From Terriglobia bacterium (lineage in GTDB: Bacteria > Acidobacteriota > Polarisedimenticolia > Polarisedimenticolales > JAIQFR01), in the NCBI GenBank assembly GCA_963748015.1, contig CAVVHE010000004.1, positions 512,001 through 576,000 on the forward strand: a DNA stretch of 64,000 bases, in the 5' to 3' direction. A program made the position numbers and the translations under genes. Position 1 is the first letter of the stretch. Each line of letters opens with the position of its first letter. The notes under the pieces were generated by a model. The model saw only the letters and a program-made list of their open reading frames with translations, did not search any database and was not told the DNA's origin. Below are positions 11,290-25,378 of the stretch, in pieces.

Positions 11290-11443
11290 GGGCACGCCGC
11301 GGCAGGGCATTACCTCGCCGGGCGCGCTCGCCGGTGCGCGATTTTTCGCGCCGGCTCGCTCCGGTGAATTCGCGCGCGCTCCGAGGAAGAGCGCGCGCGA
11401 ATTCACAGGACCCGGCGAGGTAATGCCCTGCCACGGCGCGCCC
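11290..11443 (+). repeat. three-way-junction palindromic element, copy 1
   Basis: Perfect 22-bp IR 11301-11322/11411-11432 (33 bp with 2 mismatches); inner 18-bp IR 11364-11381/11389-11406; second hairpin 11330-11355. Confidence 0.85.
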
Positions 11444-11471
11444 TGAGGTCGTCGCGGCGCCGGGAGGATTT

Positions 11472-14702
<3,231 letters not shown>

Positions 14703-14724
14703 AGCCGCGCCTCTCCCGCCCCCG

Positions 14725-15210
14725 TCAGCGGGGGAGGGCCAGGATTCTCGACAGCAGATCGCGGGTCGCGTGGTCCTTGGGGTCGCCGACGATCGCCACG
14801 CGGATACCGAGCTCGCGCGCGATCTCGCGCTCCGGGACCGTCTCGCGGGTGTAATCGGTCCCCTTGCAGTGCACGTCGGGGCAGAGCGCGCGCATCACCC
14901 CCTCGACGCTCGGCTCGTCGAAGACCGTGACGAAGTCCACGCACCCGAACCCCGCGACCAGCTCGGCGCGCTCGAGCTCCGTCACGATCGGCCGCGCCGG
15001 TCCCTTGAGGCCGCGGGCCGACGCGTCCGAGTTGACGGCGACCACCAGGAGGTCCGCCTCGGCCCGGGCGCCCTCGAGATAACGAAGGTGTCCCACGTGG
15101 AGCAGGTCGAAGAGGCCGTTGGCGAGGGCGACCGTGCGCCCGGAGGCGCGCAGCGGCGCGAGCGACTCGATCAGGCGGGGCAGCGAAAGGACCTTCGACG
15201 CGGCGCTCAC
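14725..15210 (-). CDS. rfaE2: heptose 1-phosphate adenylyltransferase (RfaE domain II-like)
   Basis: ANGLFDLLHVGHLRYL, VAVNSDAS, KGTDY; in LPS operon. Confidence 0.88.
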   Translation of the reverse strand: MSAASKVLSLPRLIESLAPLRASGRTVALANGLFDLLHVGHLRYLEGARAEADLLVVAVNSDASARGLKGPARPIVTELERAELVAGFGCVDFVTVFDEPSVEGVMRALCPDVHCKGTDYTRETVPEREIARELGIRVAIVGDPKDHATRDLLSRILALPR

Positions 15211-16226
15211 GATCCGCAGGCCTCCCGGATCGCGCCGGCGAGCTCCTCGCGGCTCGCGGTCGCGGTCCCGTACTTCATCACGACGAGCCCCGCCGCCAGG
15301 TTCGCGAGAAAGGCCGCCTCGTGGAAGGACGCCCCCGCGAGCAGTGCCAAGGTGAACGTGGCGATCACGGTGTCGCCCGCTCCGGTGACGTCGGCGACCT
15401 CGCCGGAGCCGAAGGCGGGGAGGTGGGCGGACGGGCGGCCGCGCTCGAAGAGGCTCATGCCCCTCGCTCCACGCGTCACGAGAACGGCGCGGTTGCCGGT
15501 CCGGCGGAGCAGCGTGGCGCCCGCCTTTTCCATGGCGCGGTCGGTCCGGATGGCGGAAAGACCGAGCGACAGCTCGACCTCTTCCTGGTTCGGAGTGCAC
15601 GCGGTCGCGCCGCGGAAACGCGCCACGCGGCCTCGCGAGTCTACCGTGGTGGGCACCTTCTTTCCCGGGGCGGCGTCGCGGACGAGCGCCGGCGTCGCGG
15701 CGCCGTAGCCGTAGTCGGCGACCAGCAGTCCTTCAGCGCGCCGGAGGACCCGCGCCAGCCGCGCGGCGATCCCGGCGGTCACCGCGTCCGGGAGGTCGCC
15801 GTGCTTCGCACCGCGATCGAGGCGGACGATCTGCTGGCGCCGCGTGTGGACGCCGCCGGCGACGACGCGGCTCTTCGACGGGGTCTCGTAACCGGACGGC
15901 ACCCCGATTCCCGACACGGGGACGCCGATTCCGCGGAAGTGAGCGATGAGCCTCGACCCCGGCTCGTCGCGCCCGACGATCCCGACCGGAACGGGCACGG
16001 CGTCCAGCGCGCGGAGGTTCGCCACCGCGTTGCCCGCGCCGCCAGGGACCGAGAGGGTCTGCCGGTGCTCGAGGATCAGCACCGGCGCCTCGCGCGAGAT
16101 GCGCGCGATGTCGCCGTGCACGAACTCGTCGGCGACCAGATCGCCGAGCACCGCGACGCGGCGCCCCGGGAAACGGCCGATCACCTCCAGGAGCCGCGCG
16201 GCGTCCACGGCGGCACGGGGGCTCAC
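15207..16226 (-). CDS. rfaE1: heptose 7-phosphate kinase (PfkB family, RfaE domain I-like)
   Basis: RISREAPV, PGGAGNA, TPN..E, DVTGAGDTV. Confidence 0.88.
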   Translation of the reverse strand: MSPRAAVDAARLLEVIGRFPGRRVAVLGDLVADEFVHGDIARISREAPVLILEHRQTLSVPGGAGNAVANLRALDAVPVPVGIVGRDEPGSRLIAHFRGIGVPVSGIGVPSGYETPSKSRVVAGGVHTRRQQIVRLDRGAKHGDLPDAVTAGIAARLARVLRRAEGLLVADYGYGAATPALVRDAAPGKKVPTTVDSRGRVARFRGATACTPNQEEVELSLGLSAIRTDRAMEKAGATLLRRTGNRAVLVTRGARGMSLFERGRPSAHLPAFGSGEVADVTGAGDTVIATFTLALLAGASFHEAAFLANLAAGLVVMKYGTATASREELAGAIREACGS

Positions 16227-16834
16227 GGCGTTTCTCCGCCGCCGGAGGCGCCCGCCTCGCGGGCGAGGATCCACAGGACGGCGTCCATGAGGTCCTCCGC
16301 GACGTGGTCGGGGCGGGTCTTCCAGCCGGCCGAGCGGTACTCGAGCTCGCCCCGGCCGTATCCGGTCAGCACGAGGACCGTCGTCGCGCCGACGCGATGC
16401 CCCGCCTCGATGTCGCGCATCGAGTCGCCCACCAGGTAGGAGCGCGCGAGGTCGATGCCGAGCTCGTCGCGGGCGCGGAGCAGCATGCCGGGGCGCGGCT
16501 TCCGGCAGTCGCAGTCGGCGCGGTAGGGCGGCGCGCCGGCGTCGGGATGATGCGGGCAGTAGTAGATCGCGTCCACCGCAGCGCCGCCCGCCGCGAGCAG
16601 CTCTCGCACCCGGTCGTGGACGCGGTGGATCAGCTCCTCGTCGAAGTAGCCTCGGGCGACCCCCGCCTGGTTGGTCACGATGGCGGTCTTGAAGCCGGCC
16701 TCGCGGGCGCGCCGGATCGCGGCGGCGCTTCGCGGGAGGAGCCGGATCCGGCTCGCGTGGTTCACGTAGCCGACCTCGTCGCAGACGGTGCCGTCGCGGT
16801 CCATCACGATGGCTCGAGCGGAGCCGGCGCTCAC
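16223..16834 (-). CDS. gmhB: heptose 1,7-bisphosphate phosphatase (HAD family)
   Basis: MDRDGT, VTNQAGVARG, YCPHHP, CDCRKPRPGM, VGDS..D. Confidence 0.9.
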   Translation of the reverse strand: MSAGSARAIVMDRDGTVCDEVGYVNHASRIRLLPRSAAAIRRAREAGFKTAIVTNQAGVARGYFDEELIHRVHDRVRELLAAGGAAVDAIYYCPHHPDAGAPPYRADCDCRKPRPGMLLRARDELGIDLARSYLVGDSMRDIEAGHRVGATTVLVLTGYGRGELEYRSAGWKTRPDHVAEDLMDAVLWILAREAGASGGGETP

Positions 16835-17730
16835 GAGAGGCCTCCCGGCGGAGCGGTCTTCCACCTTCGATGCATCCAGAGCCAGAGCTCGGGATGGCGG
16901 CGCACCCAAGTCTCGACGATCGCCGTGCACTCCGCGGTGAGCCGCAGCACGTCCGCGTCGTGATCGCCCGTCTGCCGCACGCTCACCTCCGGTCCGTAGA
17001 CGATCTTCCACGCTCCCCCGGAGGCGGGAACGGAAAAGACCGGCACCATCGCGGCCCCGGTCCGGAGAGCCAGCAGCGCCGGCGTCGGCGTCGTCGAGGC
17101 GGGCCGCCCCAGGAACGGCACGAAAACCCCGAGGTCGCGCGCGTCCTGGTCGATCACGATCGCGACGCCGATCCCTTTCCGGATCGCCTTCAGCATCTCC
17201 CGAACCGCGTTCCGCTTGTGGATTATGACATTTCCCGAGCCGCTCCGGAGCCCCGCGAGCATCCTCTCGAGGTACGGGTTGTCGAGGGGGCGGGCGACGA
17301 GAGCGAGAGGCATGCCGAGGTACCCCTGCATCAGCGCGACGAGCTCCCAGTGCCCGTAGTGGGCGGAGAAGAGGATGACTCCCTTCCCGCGCGCGTAGGC
17401 CGCGCGAATGTGCTCGAGCCCCTCGTAACGCACGACGGGCCCCACGGAGGCCGCCGAGAGCCTCGGGAAGGCGAGCGAATCGAGCAGGATCCGCCCGAAG
17501 TGGCGCCAGCACGCCCGGGTGATCCTCGAGGCCTCGGCCTCCGAGAGGGACGGCCCGTGGACCCTGCGGAGGTTTTCGATCGCGATGCGGCGGTGGAGGC
17601 CGTCCAGCGCGAATCCGAGCCGGCCGGCTCCCGAGCCGAGTGCCAGAAGGGCCCTCCGGGGGAGGAGGCGCGCCGCGCCGAGTATCGCGGCGAGAATCGC
17701 GGCCTCGAGGAGGAACCGGACTCGTCTCAC
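16831..17730 (-). CDS. lpxL: lipid A late acyltransferase (LpxL/HtrB family)
   Basis: SAHYGHWE, IDQD, PELWLWMHRRWK. Confidence 0.85.
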   Translation of the reverse strand: MRRVRFLLEAAILAAILGAARLLPRRALLALGSGAGRLGFALDGLHRRIAIENLRRVHGPSLSEAEASRITRACWRHFGRILLDSLAFPRLSAASVGPVVRYEGLEHIRAAYARGKGVILFSAHYGHWELVALMQGYLGMPLALVARPLDNPYLERMLAGLRSGSGNVIIHKRNAVREMLKAIRKGIGVAIVIDQDARDLGVFVPFLGRPASTTPTPALLALRTGAAMVPVFSVPASGGAWKIVYGPEVSVRQTGDHDADVLRLTAECTAIVETWVRRHPELWLWMHRRWKTAPPGGLS

Positions 17731-18755
17731 GCTTCCGCCCTCAGGAGGGCACGCCGCACGAGGGCGAGCAGCGTCTCCTCGTCGTGAACCACCGCCTCGA
17801 TGCGAAGCGCGACGACGGGCGCCGCCGGGCCGGGAACGCGAACCAGGTCCTTCTCGGTGGTCACGAGAGCGGCGCCGTGCTTCCCGGCGAGCTTCGCGAG
17901 ACCCCGTAGCTCGCGGGGAACGTAAGGATGGTGGTCCGGAAACGCCCTCGCCGCCGCGACCTCGATCCCTTCCTCCTCGAGGTCCCGGAGGAACGGCGCG
18001 GGGTTCCCGATCCCGCAGAAGGCGACAACGCGCGCGGGCGCGGGGGCCGGCTCTCCCGCGGCGGTCACGAACCCGGCGCGGCGATGTCCCGAGCGCAGGA
18101 CCGCCACTCCGCGGGCGTGGCGTCCCACGACGCCGGCGATCGCCGCGACATCGTCCCCGGGCGAGCAGCGCGTCACGATCACCGCAGAGGCGCGCGCGAG
18201 CGACCCGAGGGGCTCCCGGAGCGCCCCCGCGGGCAGCAGCCGGCCGTTCCCGAACGGGTCGGTGCGGTCGAGCAGCACCAGGTCGAGATCGCGGGCGAGG
18301 CGGCGGTGCTGGAAACCGTCGTCGAGGACCACCACGTCCGCGCCCTCGGCCGCCGCGGCCTCCGAGCCGGCGACCCGGTCCGACCCGGCGACGACGAGCG
18401 CGCCGGGGAGCGAGCGGGCGAGGAGCACCGGCTCGTCGCCGCAGATCTCCGGACCCAACGGCTCCCCGTCGCCGCTCGATACGAGAACCGGGCCCTTTCC
18501 CGCGCGACCGCCGTACCCCCGTGTGACCACGGCGGGCTTCCGTCCCTCCGAGGCGAGGCGGCGGACCAGCCACGCCACCATCGGGGTCTTTCCCGTCCCG
18601 CCCGCCACGAGATTCCCGACCGAGATCACGGGAACCCGGCCCCTGATCGCGGCGCCGGCGACGTCGTAGCGGCGATTCCTCTCCCGGACGGCGGCGCCGT
18701 AGGCCCACGCGAGAGGGGCGAGGAGGATCGAGAGCGGGCCGCGCGGCGGCCTCAC
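17727..18755 (-). CDS. lpxK: tetraacyldisaccharide 4'-kinase
   Basis: VISVGNLVAGGTGKTP, TRGYG, GDEP, LDDGFQH, LLPAGALRE, TTEKD. Confidence 0.95.
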   Translation of the reverse strand: MRPPRGPLSILLAPLAWAYGAAVRERNRRYDVAGAAIRGRVPVISVGNLVAGGTGKTPMVAWLVRRLASEGRKPAVVTRGYGGRAGKGPVLVSSGDGEPLGPEICGDEPVLLARSLPGALVVAGSDRVAGSEAAAAEGADVVVLDDGFQHRRLARDLDLVLLDRTDPFGNGRLLPAGALREPLGSLARASAVIVTRCSPGDDVAAIAGVVGRHARGVAVLRSGHRRAGFVTAAGEPAPAPARVVAFCGIGNPAPFLRDLEEEGIEVAAARAFPDHHPYVPRELRGLAKLAGKHGAALVTTEKDLVRVPGPAAPVVALRIEAVVHDEETLLALVRRALLRAEA

Positions 18756-20014
18756 CGCCGCTCCAGGACGGACAGGACGAGGGCGACCGTCCTCTCGAGG
18801 GCTCCGCGGTTCGCTCGGACCACGCCGCCGGCGGCGGCGGCGATCCGTTCCCGCTCCCCGCGGTCGCGCACTAGGAGCTTCCATGCGTCCGCGAGGGCGG
18901 CAGGGGTCGGGACGCGGATCGCTCCGCCGGCCGCGAGCAGCGCCTCGGCGGGCTCGGTCACGTGGTGGGTGTGCGGGCCGAAGAGCACCGGGGTGCCCGC
19001 GGCCGCCGGCTCCAGGACGTTGTGTCCTCCGACCGGCACCAGGCTCCCGCCGACGAACGCCGCGGCGGCGATCGCGTAGAGAGAGGCGAGCTGGCCCATG
19101 ACGTCCACCAGGAGACCGTCCGCCCTTCCCGCCTCGGCGTCTGTCCCGGCGGACAATCGGTGGAATCCGAGATTCCGCGCCGCGAGCTCGGCCTCGACCC
19201 CGGGGATGCGCTCCGGGTGGCGCGGGGCGAGGACGAGGTAGAGCGACGGGTGCTCCTTCCTCGCGGCAGCGAAGGCGTCGAGGACGAGCGCCTCCTCTCC
19301 AGGCCCGGTCGAGCCGGCCAGAACGACCGGCCGCCCGGAAGGCACGCCGAACCGCTCGCGCAGCGCCGCCTCCGTCACCGCAGGCACGGGCAGGTCGTAC
19401 TTGACGTTCCCCGTGACGGTGAGCGCCTCGCGCCGCACGCCCAGCTCGGCGAAGCGCTCGGCCTCGCCCGGGCTCTGCGCTCCGACGCGTTCGAGCCCCG
19501 AGAGAAGGGGTCCGAAAAGGCCCCGGAGCCCACGGTAGCGGCTCATGCGCTCGGGTGCCAGGCGCGCGTTGATCACCGCGACCGGGACGCCCCGGCGGAA
19601 CGCTTCGTGGAGGAGGTTCGGCCACAGCTCCGTCTCGACGAGCACCAAGGCCCGGGGACGGACGGCGTCGAGGACGCGCGCCGGAAGCCCGGAGAAATCC
19701 AGGGGGGCGTAAAACGCCGCGTCGACCGAAGGTGGCGACGGCAACTGGCCCCGCCCGGTCCGGGTGATCGCGGAGGCAGCGAGCGGAAGGGCGGGCCGGC
19801 CCGCGCGAAGGGCCGCGGCGACCAGGGTGACGATGCGGGCCTCACCGACCGATGCGCCGTGAATCCAGACGCCGCCCGGACGCGATTCCGGCAGGCGCCG
19901 GGCGCGGCGCTCCTCCCACTCCCGCATCGCCTCGGGGCGCTGGCCCGCCGCTGCCTCGAAGAGGGGCGGAAGCGCCCTGAAGGGGAACAGGAGCAGGTTG
20001 TACGCCCAGAGCAT
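18752..20014 (-). CDS. waaA: Kdo transferase
   Basis: WIHGASVGE, ETELWPN, GNVKYD, APRHPER, FVGGSL..GGHNVLEPA. Confidence 0.95.
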   Translation of the reverse strand: MLWAYNLLLFPFRALPPLFEAAAGQRPEAMREWEERRARRLPESRPGGVWIHGASVGEARIVTLVAAALRAGRPALPLAASAITRTGRGQLPSPPSVDAAFYAPLDFSGLPARVLDAVRPRALVLVETELWPNLLHEAFRRGVPVAVINARLAPERMSRYRGLRGLFGPLLSGLERVGAQSPGEAERFAELGVRREALTVTGNVKYDLPVPAVTEAALRERFGVPSGRPVVLAGSTGPGEEALVLDAFAAARKEHPSLYLVLAPRHPERIPGVEAELAARNLGFHRLSAGTDAEAGRADGLLVDVMGQLASLYAIAAAAFVGGSLVPVGGHNVLEPAAAGTPVLFGPHTHHVTEPAEALLAAGGAIRVPTPAALADAWKLLVRDRGERERIAAAAGGVVRANRGALERTVALVLSVLERR

Positions 20015-20070
20015 CTTCCCGGGACCTCCGGTGGCGCGGGACGGGTGACGGCCCGCGGGGCGCCACTATA

Positions 20071-21237
20071 ATGGCACGCGTGGGCAGGATCTATCTCGAC
20101 CATCACGCCACCACGCCGCTCCTCCCGGAAGTCCGGCAGGCGATGGAGCCCTATCTTGCCGGCCGCTTCGGCAACCCGGCGGCGGCCGAGCTGTATCCCG
20201 AGGGGCGTGAGGCCAAGGAAGCGGTCGAGGCCGCGCGCGCCACGGTGGCCGCGCTCCTCGGCGCGCGGCCGGCCGAGATCTTCCTCACCTCGGGAGCCAC
20301 CGAATCCGACAACTGGGCGCTCAAGGGCGCGGCCTGGTCGCGAAAGCCGGGGAAGGATCACCTCGTCACCTGCGCCATCGAGCACAAGGCGGTGCTCGAG
20401 CCCGCCGCGTGGCTCGCGAGAAGGGGGATCCGGGTCACGGTGCTGGGCGTGGACGGGGGAGGACGGGTCGATCCCGGTGCCGTCGCGGAGGCGATCGATC
20501 CGGGAACGTTCCTCGTGTCGATCCAGATGGCGAACAGCGAGATCGGCGTCGTTCAGCCGGTCGAGGCGATAGGCGCCGTCTGCCGGGAACGGGGCGTCAC
20601 GTTTCACGTGGACGCCGCCCAGGCGGTGGGGAAGATCCCCGTCCCGGTCGCCTCGATCGGGGCGGACCTGATGTCCCTCTCGGCTCACAAGCTCTACGGG
20701 CCGAAGGGAGCCGGCGCTCTGTACGTCCGGCGCGGCGTCCGGATCGAGCCCCTCCACCACGGCGGCGGGCAGGAGCGCGGGCAGCGCTCGGGCACCCTGA
20801 ACGTCGCGGGCGCGGTGGGGCTCGGGGCGGCCTGCGAGCTCGCTGCCCGCGACCTGGGTGCCGAGATCGCCCGGCTCACGGCCCTGCGCGACCGGCTCTG
20901 GGAGGGGATCTCGCGGAGCATCCCGTCGGTCCGCCGGAACGGCGATCCCGGCCACGCGCTGCCCCACAACCTCAACGTGACCTTCGAGGGTGTCTACGCC
21001 CAGGCCCTGGTGCAGGCGCTCCGGACCGTCTCGGTGTCCAGTGGGTCGGCCTGCTCGTCGGCGAATCCCGAGCCGTCGCACGTTCTTCGCGCGATCGGCT
21101 TGCCCGATGCCTCCGGCGATGCGTCGCTCCGCTTCGGGCTCGGCCGGGGAACCGGCGTTGAGGACATCGACGAGGTCGTCGCGGCGCTCGTCCGCGAGGT
21201 CGGGCAACTCCGCTCCCTCTCCCCGTCCTCGATCTAG
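20071..21237 (+). CDS. iscS: cysteine desulfurase (IscS/NifS family); true start may be GTG 20080
   Basis: IYLDHHATTP, TSGATESDN, SAHKLYGPKG, RSGT, SSGSACSS. Confidence 0.9.
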   Translation: MARVGRIYLDHHATTPLLPEVRQAMEPYLAGRFGNPAAAELYPEGREAKEAVEAARATVAALLGARPAEIFLTSGATESDNWALKGAAWSRKPGKDHLVTCAIEHKAVLEPAAWLARRGIRVTVLGVDGGGRVDPGAVAEAIDPGTFLVSIQMANSEIGVVQPVEAIGAVCRERGVTFHVDAAQAVGKIPVPVASIGADLMSLSAHKLYGPKGAGALYVRRGVRIEPLHHGGGQERGQRSGTLNVAGAVGLGAACELAARDLGAEIARLTALRDRLWEGISRSIPSVRRNGDPGHALPHNLNVTFEGVYAQALVQALRTVSVSSGSACSSANPEPSHVLRAIGLPDASGDASLRFGLGRGTGVEDIDEVVAALVREVGQLRSLSPSSI

Positions 21238-21357
21238 CGGTTCGTCCCCAAGGTCCACCGAGGGGTCACCGGGCCGGGGCGGCCGCTCGTAAACACCTCA
21301 CCCGCGGCTATTTGGGCGTGATTTGTCCCTAATTCCCCGGGAACCTATATTCCCGGC

Positions 21358-23178
21358 ATGGGAACGGAGCCGAGGGAGCCGCTCGTCGCGAGCGGTGAGG
21401 CGGGGAACCCGTCCGCCGGCAAGTCGCCCATCAAGCGACGGGGGCGGATTCTGTTCTCCCTCCTCGGCGTTTTCGTGATCGTCGGGTTGGTCCCGCTCGG
21501 CACGGTCGCCTGGAAACTGATCGACATCAACCGCGAGGCGCTCAAGACGTCGCAGCAGGAGTACCAGCTCCTGATGGCGTCGTCGGTGGCACGCGACCTC
21601 GACGGGCAGGTGGATGCCCTCCGCTCGCAGCTCTCGTCCGCGGCCAGGGCGGTGGGCGGGATTCTGGGACGCCCGGGCCCCGTGGACGACGAGACCCTGC
21701 GGGGAGCCCTCGGCGACATCACCGACGACAGGATGCTCTACCTCCGCTACTCCGACCTCCGCGGCGGAAGGGTGGACACGCGTTCCACCGCGACGGTTCC
21801 GCAGGACCTGGACCCCGTCTTCATCGCGGGATTGAGGAGGGCAGCCGAGTCCATGTCGGACAGCGGCGGCGGCGTGCCCGTCGCGACCATGTCCGAGCCG
21901 ATCCTCCTCGCCGGGACACCGCCCCGGGCGGCAGCGGTTCTCTCGGCGCCCGTGATCTCGGGAGGGAAGTTCCGCGGAGTGCTCTCCGTCCTAGTCGATC
22001 TCCAGGGCGTGTGGGAAGGGGTCGCGCGCGGGAACCGAAGCGGCCACACCATCTTCGCCAGTGACCGGAAGGGAAGAGTGTTCGCGAGCAGCGTCCGGAG
22101 CGGGGAAACGCCGGATCGCGGCATCGCTCAGTCCGAGATCTTCAGGAGGTTCCTGTCCTCGCGCGGCGGCGGGCGGGAGACGGTGCCGTTCACGCTGCTT
22201 CGGGACGGGAAGCCCGAGAAGTACCTCGGCTCGTACGAGGTGACGCGAGAAGGCTGGGGGATCTTCGTCCAGGCCAAGGAGCGTCAGGTCTACCTGCCGG
22301 TCATGGCCATGGTGCAGAGCACGCTCCGCTGGGCCCTCGCGGCGCTCTCGCTGGCGATCCTCGCGGCGGTGATCTTCGCCGGGACGATTTCGAACCCGAT
22401 CGACCGGCTCGCCGCAGCCACCCGGGCGTTCGCGGCGGGGGAGCTCAAGCACCGCGTGCAGGTCCACTCGCGGAACGAGATCGGCGAGCTAGCGGAAGGG
22501 TTCAACCGGATGGCGACGCAAATCGAAGACTCGATCGGCCGTCTGAAGCGCGCCGCCGAGGAGAACAACCAGCTCTTCCTCGGGACCATCCGAGCTCTCG
22601 CGGAAGCGATCGACGCCAAGGACCCCTACACGAAGGGCCATTCCGAGCGCGTCAACAAATACTCGGTCATCATCGCTCACTATTTCGGCCTCAGCCGGGA
22701 GGAGGTCCGGAACATCCACGTCGCGTCGCTCCTGCACGACGTCGGCAAGATCGGGATCGAGGACGCCATCCTCAAGAAGCCCGGCCGCCTGACCCCCGAG
22801 GAGCTGGCGATCATGAGAACGCACCCGGAGCGCGGCGCCGGCATCATGAAGCCGATCCACCAGATGGGGAAGATCATCCCCGGGCTGAGGAGCCACCACG
22901 AGCGCTGGGCCGGCGGCGGCTACCCGGACGGGCTCGCGGGCACCGACATCCCTCTGATGGCCCGGATCATCGCGGCGGCCGACACCTTCGACGCGATGAC
23001 CACCAACCGTCCCTACCAGCGCGCGCACACCTTCGAGGAGGCCGCTCGGAAGCTGAACGAGATCAAGGGGGCGGCGCTCGACGAGAAGGTGGTGGAGGCG
23101 TTCAACCGCGCCTACCGGGCCGGGGAGTTCCATCTCGAGGAGCAGACCGCTCCGGTGGTCGAGGCGGCCACGGCCTGA
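21358..23178 (+). CDS. membrane HD-GYP phosphodiesterase with extracytoplasmic sensor region and HAMP domain
   Basis: Two TM segments, HAMP (NEIGELAEGFNRM), AKDPYTKGHSERV, LHDVGK, HHERW..GYPDGL. Confidence 0.88.
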   Translation: MGTEPREPLVASGEAGNPSAGKSPIKRRGRILFSLLGVFVIVGLVPLGTVAWKLIDINREALKTSQQEYQLLMASSVARDLDGQVDALRSQLSSAARAVGGILGRPGPVDDETLRGALGDITDDRMLYLRYSDLRGGRVDTRSTATVPQDLDPVFIAGLRRAAESMSDSGGGVPVATMSEPILLAGTPPRAAAVLSAPVISGGKFRGVLSVLVDLQGVWEGVARGNRSGHTIFASDRKGRVFASSVRSGETPDRGIAQSEIFRRFLSSRGGGRETVPFTLLRDGKPEKYLGSYEVTREGWGIFVQAKERQVYLPVMAMVQSTLRWALAALSLAILAAVIFAGTISNPIDRLAAATRAFAAGELKHRVQVHSRNEIGELAEGFNRMATQIEDSIGRLKRAAEENNQLFLGTIRALAEAIDAKDPYTKGHSERVNKYSVIIAHYFGLSREEVRNIHVASLLHDVGKIGIEDAILKKPGRLTPEELAIMRTHPERGAGIMKPIHQMGKIIPGLRSHHERWAGGGYPDGLAGTDIPLMARIIAAADTFDAMTTNRPYQRAHTFEEAARKLNEIKGAALDEKVVEAFNRAYRAGEFHLEEQTAPVVEAATA

Positions 23179-23254
23179 GAACCGGCTGGGCCCGGGCCGG
23201 ATCCGGGTCGGAATCGCGGCGCCGGCTCCGCGACGGCGACGCGCCGAATCTCGC

Positions 23255-25242
23255 CTAGTCCATGATGAGCTGCTCGGGCGGCAGGTCCAGGGACTTGATG
23301 GGCCGCCCGATGGCCAGCTCGCGGAGGATCCAGTCGAGTCGATCCTGCTCGACGCCCCGGCCGCCGCTGGGGTGGCGCAGCCTCGGGACGCGCACCGCCT
23401 TGAGGGTCGGGACCGAGTCGCGCCCGGCGGAGAGGGCCAGGTAGGTCAGCACGTCGGAATCCTGGCCCACGCGCCGCTCCGCCGACTTCCGCAGCGCCTC
23501 GACCATCCGCGGGCCGCCCAGCTGTCGCGCGGCGTAGGCTGCCATGCTGCGCAACCGCGCCTTGCCGGTGACGTCGTAGGCGGGTTCGGAGAGGACCTTC
23601 TCGATCAGCGGAGCCGCGGCGAGAGACTTCCCGCGGGCGACGGCGCGCAGCACCTCGTGCTGGTCGTCCGCGCTCGCGCCAGGAAACAGCTCCATCAGCG
23701 CACCGGCCCCCTCGTCGCCTCCGGCCGCGCCGAGCCGCGCGTACGCGAGGAGGCGGATCGACCGGTCGTCCGACTTCGCCGCCGCGACCCACTTCTTCAC
23801 GTCCGCCTGGTTCTGCTCGATCAACGCGAGGCGCTTCAAGAGCCCGTCGAGATAGCGAAGAAGGGTCGGATCGGTCTGGATCTTGGTCGCGTCCCGCAGG
23901 GCGGGCAGCTGCTCGGTGTATCCAAGGCTGACCAGCGCATCGCCCATGATGTAGACGTCCGGCCAGCGCTCGGCCTCCACGAGAGGGGACGAGAGGTACT
24001 CCTTGAGCAGGCGGTTCGCGATCCGGGGCGCGGCACGCTGCTCGTTCCGGGCGACCATGTACTGGATGATCCCCTGTGCCAGCGGCCAGCGCCGGTCGGC
24101 AATGCGCGAGAGGAGGGTGTCCATCGCCCCCTCGCCGCCGATCTCGCCAAGGCCGGCAGCGGCCGTGATCGCAACCGACTCGTCGGGGTCGTTCAGCGCC
24201 ATGCGGAGCATCGGCAGTCCCTTGGGGCTTCCGATGGCCGCGACGGTGTTCAGGATCCACCGGCGGTCGATGGCGCGGTCGGGCTTGTCCAGGAGGCTCG
24301 CAGCACTTCGAGCGCGGATTCTCCCGAGATCCTCGCGAGCAGGGTGTAGAGCGCGACTCGAACGGCGCGCTCGGGCTCGGCGTCGAGGCGGGCCACGATC
24401 TCCGCGGGGTTGACCGTGGCCTTGAGGTCCGCGAGCGCTTCCGCGGCCGCGGCGCGGGGCGCCGAGTCGGCGTCCGCGAGCATCTCCATCAGCGGTGCCA
24501 CCCCGGCGGGGTCTCCGAGACGGCCGATCGCACGCGCCGCCGCCTCGCGGACTTCCGCGTTCGAGTGCTTGAGAAAGGGGAGGAGGTGGGGGAGCGCCGA
24601 AGGGTCTGCGGTCCTGCCGAGGGCGTCCAGGATGGGGACGAGCTGCGACTGCATGTCGGTCCTGGGCGAGAACCGCTTGGCCTGCGCGGCGAGCCGCGGG
24701 ATGCTGCCCGGAGCGAGAAGCGTCCCGAGCACCTCCACGGCCGTTTCCCTCTCGAACAGCTCGATGTCGCCGGCAGGGAGCTCGTCGGAATTGAGCAGGT
24801 CCACGGCGTCGGGCTGACCTGCGAGCGCGAGCCCGTAGCACGCCCACATCTTCTTCTTGCCACGCACGGGGCCCGTGGCCTTCTCCGCGCGGACGACGGA
24901 CTCGCGAAGCGCCTTCGTGGCATCTTCCGTCTTGAGGTCCCCGAGCACCGTCGTCATCAGCAGGAACAGGACGGCCTTTCCTCGTCCAATCGTCTCCGAC
25001 TGGGCGAAGGGAATGACGGCGGGGCCGAGGGCCACCAGCTTCTCCCTGGCCTGCTCGTACTCGAGCTCGCCCTTTCCGATGCCGGCGAGCACGGCCTCGA
25101 AGGCCGCCCGGGTCTTCTCCAGCTCGATCATCTCCCGCGAGGCTGCCGACGCTTCCGGGGCCGCCGGCTGCTGGGCCTCAGCACCCGGGTATGCACCGGC
25201 CAGGAGGGCGAGGAGAGCGAGTCCGCAGAGGAGTCGGCGCAT
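23255..25242 (-). CDS. secreted HEAT-repeat protein (frameshift near 24290)
   Basis: Signal peptide MRRLLCGLALLALLAG; repeats such as VREAAARAIGRLG and VAITAAAGLGEIG continue across two frames. Confidence 0.75.
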
Positions 25243-25378
25243 GGGGATACCTCCAAGTCTTGGCGGCTTCCGAATATAGCCCGGGGCCTCCGGCGGCGCC
25301 ACGGAGGAGAGGCCCTCTCGGCAAGCGGATCGGCGAGCGAGAATCGCCCCTTGATTTTCGTCCGTCTTTCGCTATTAA

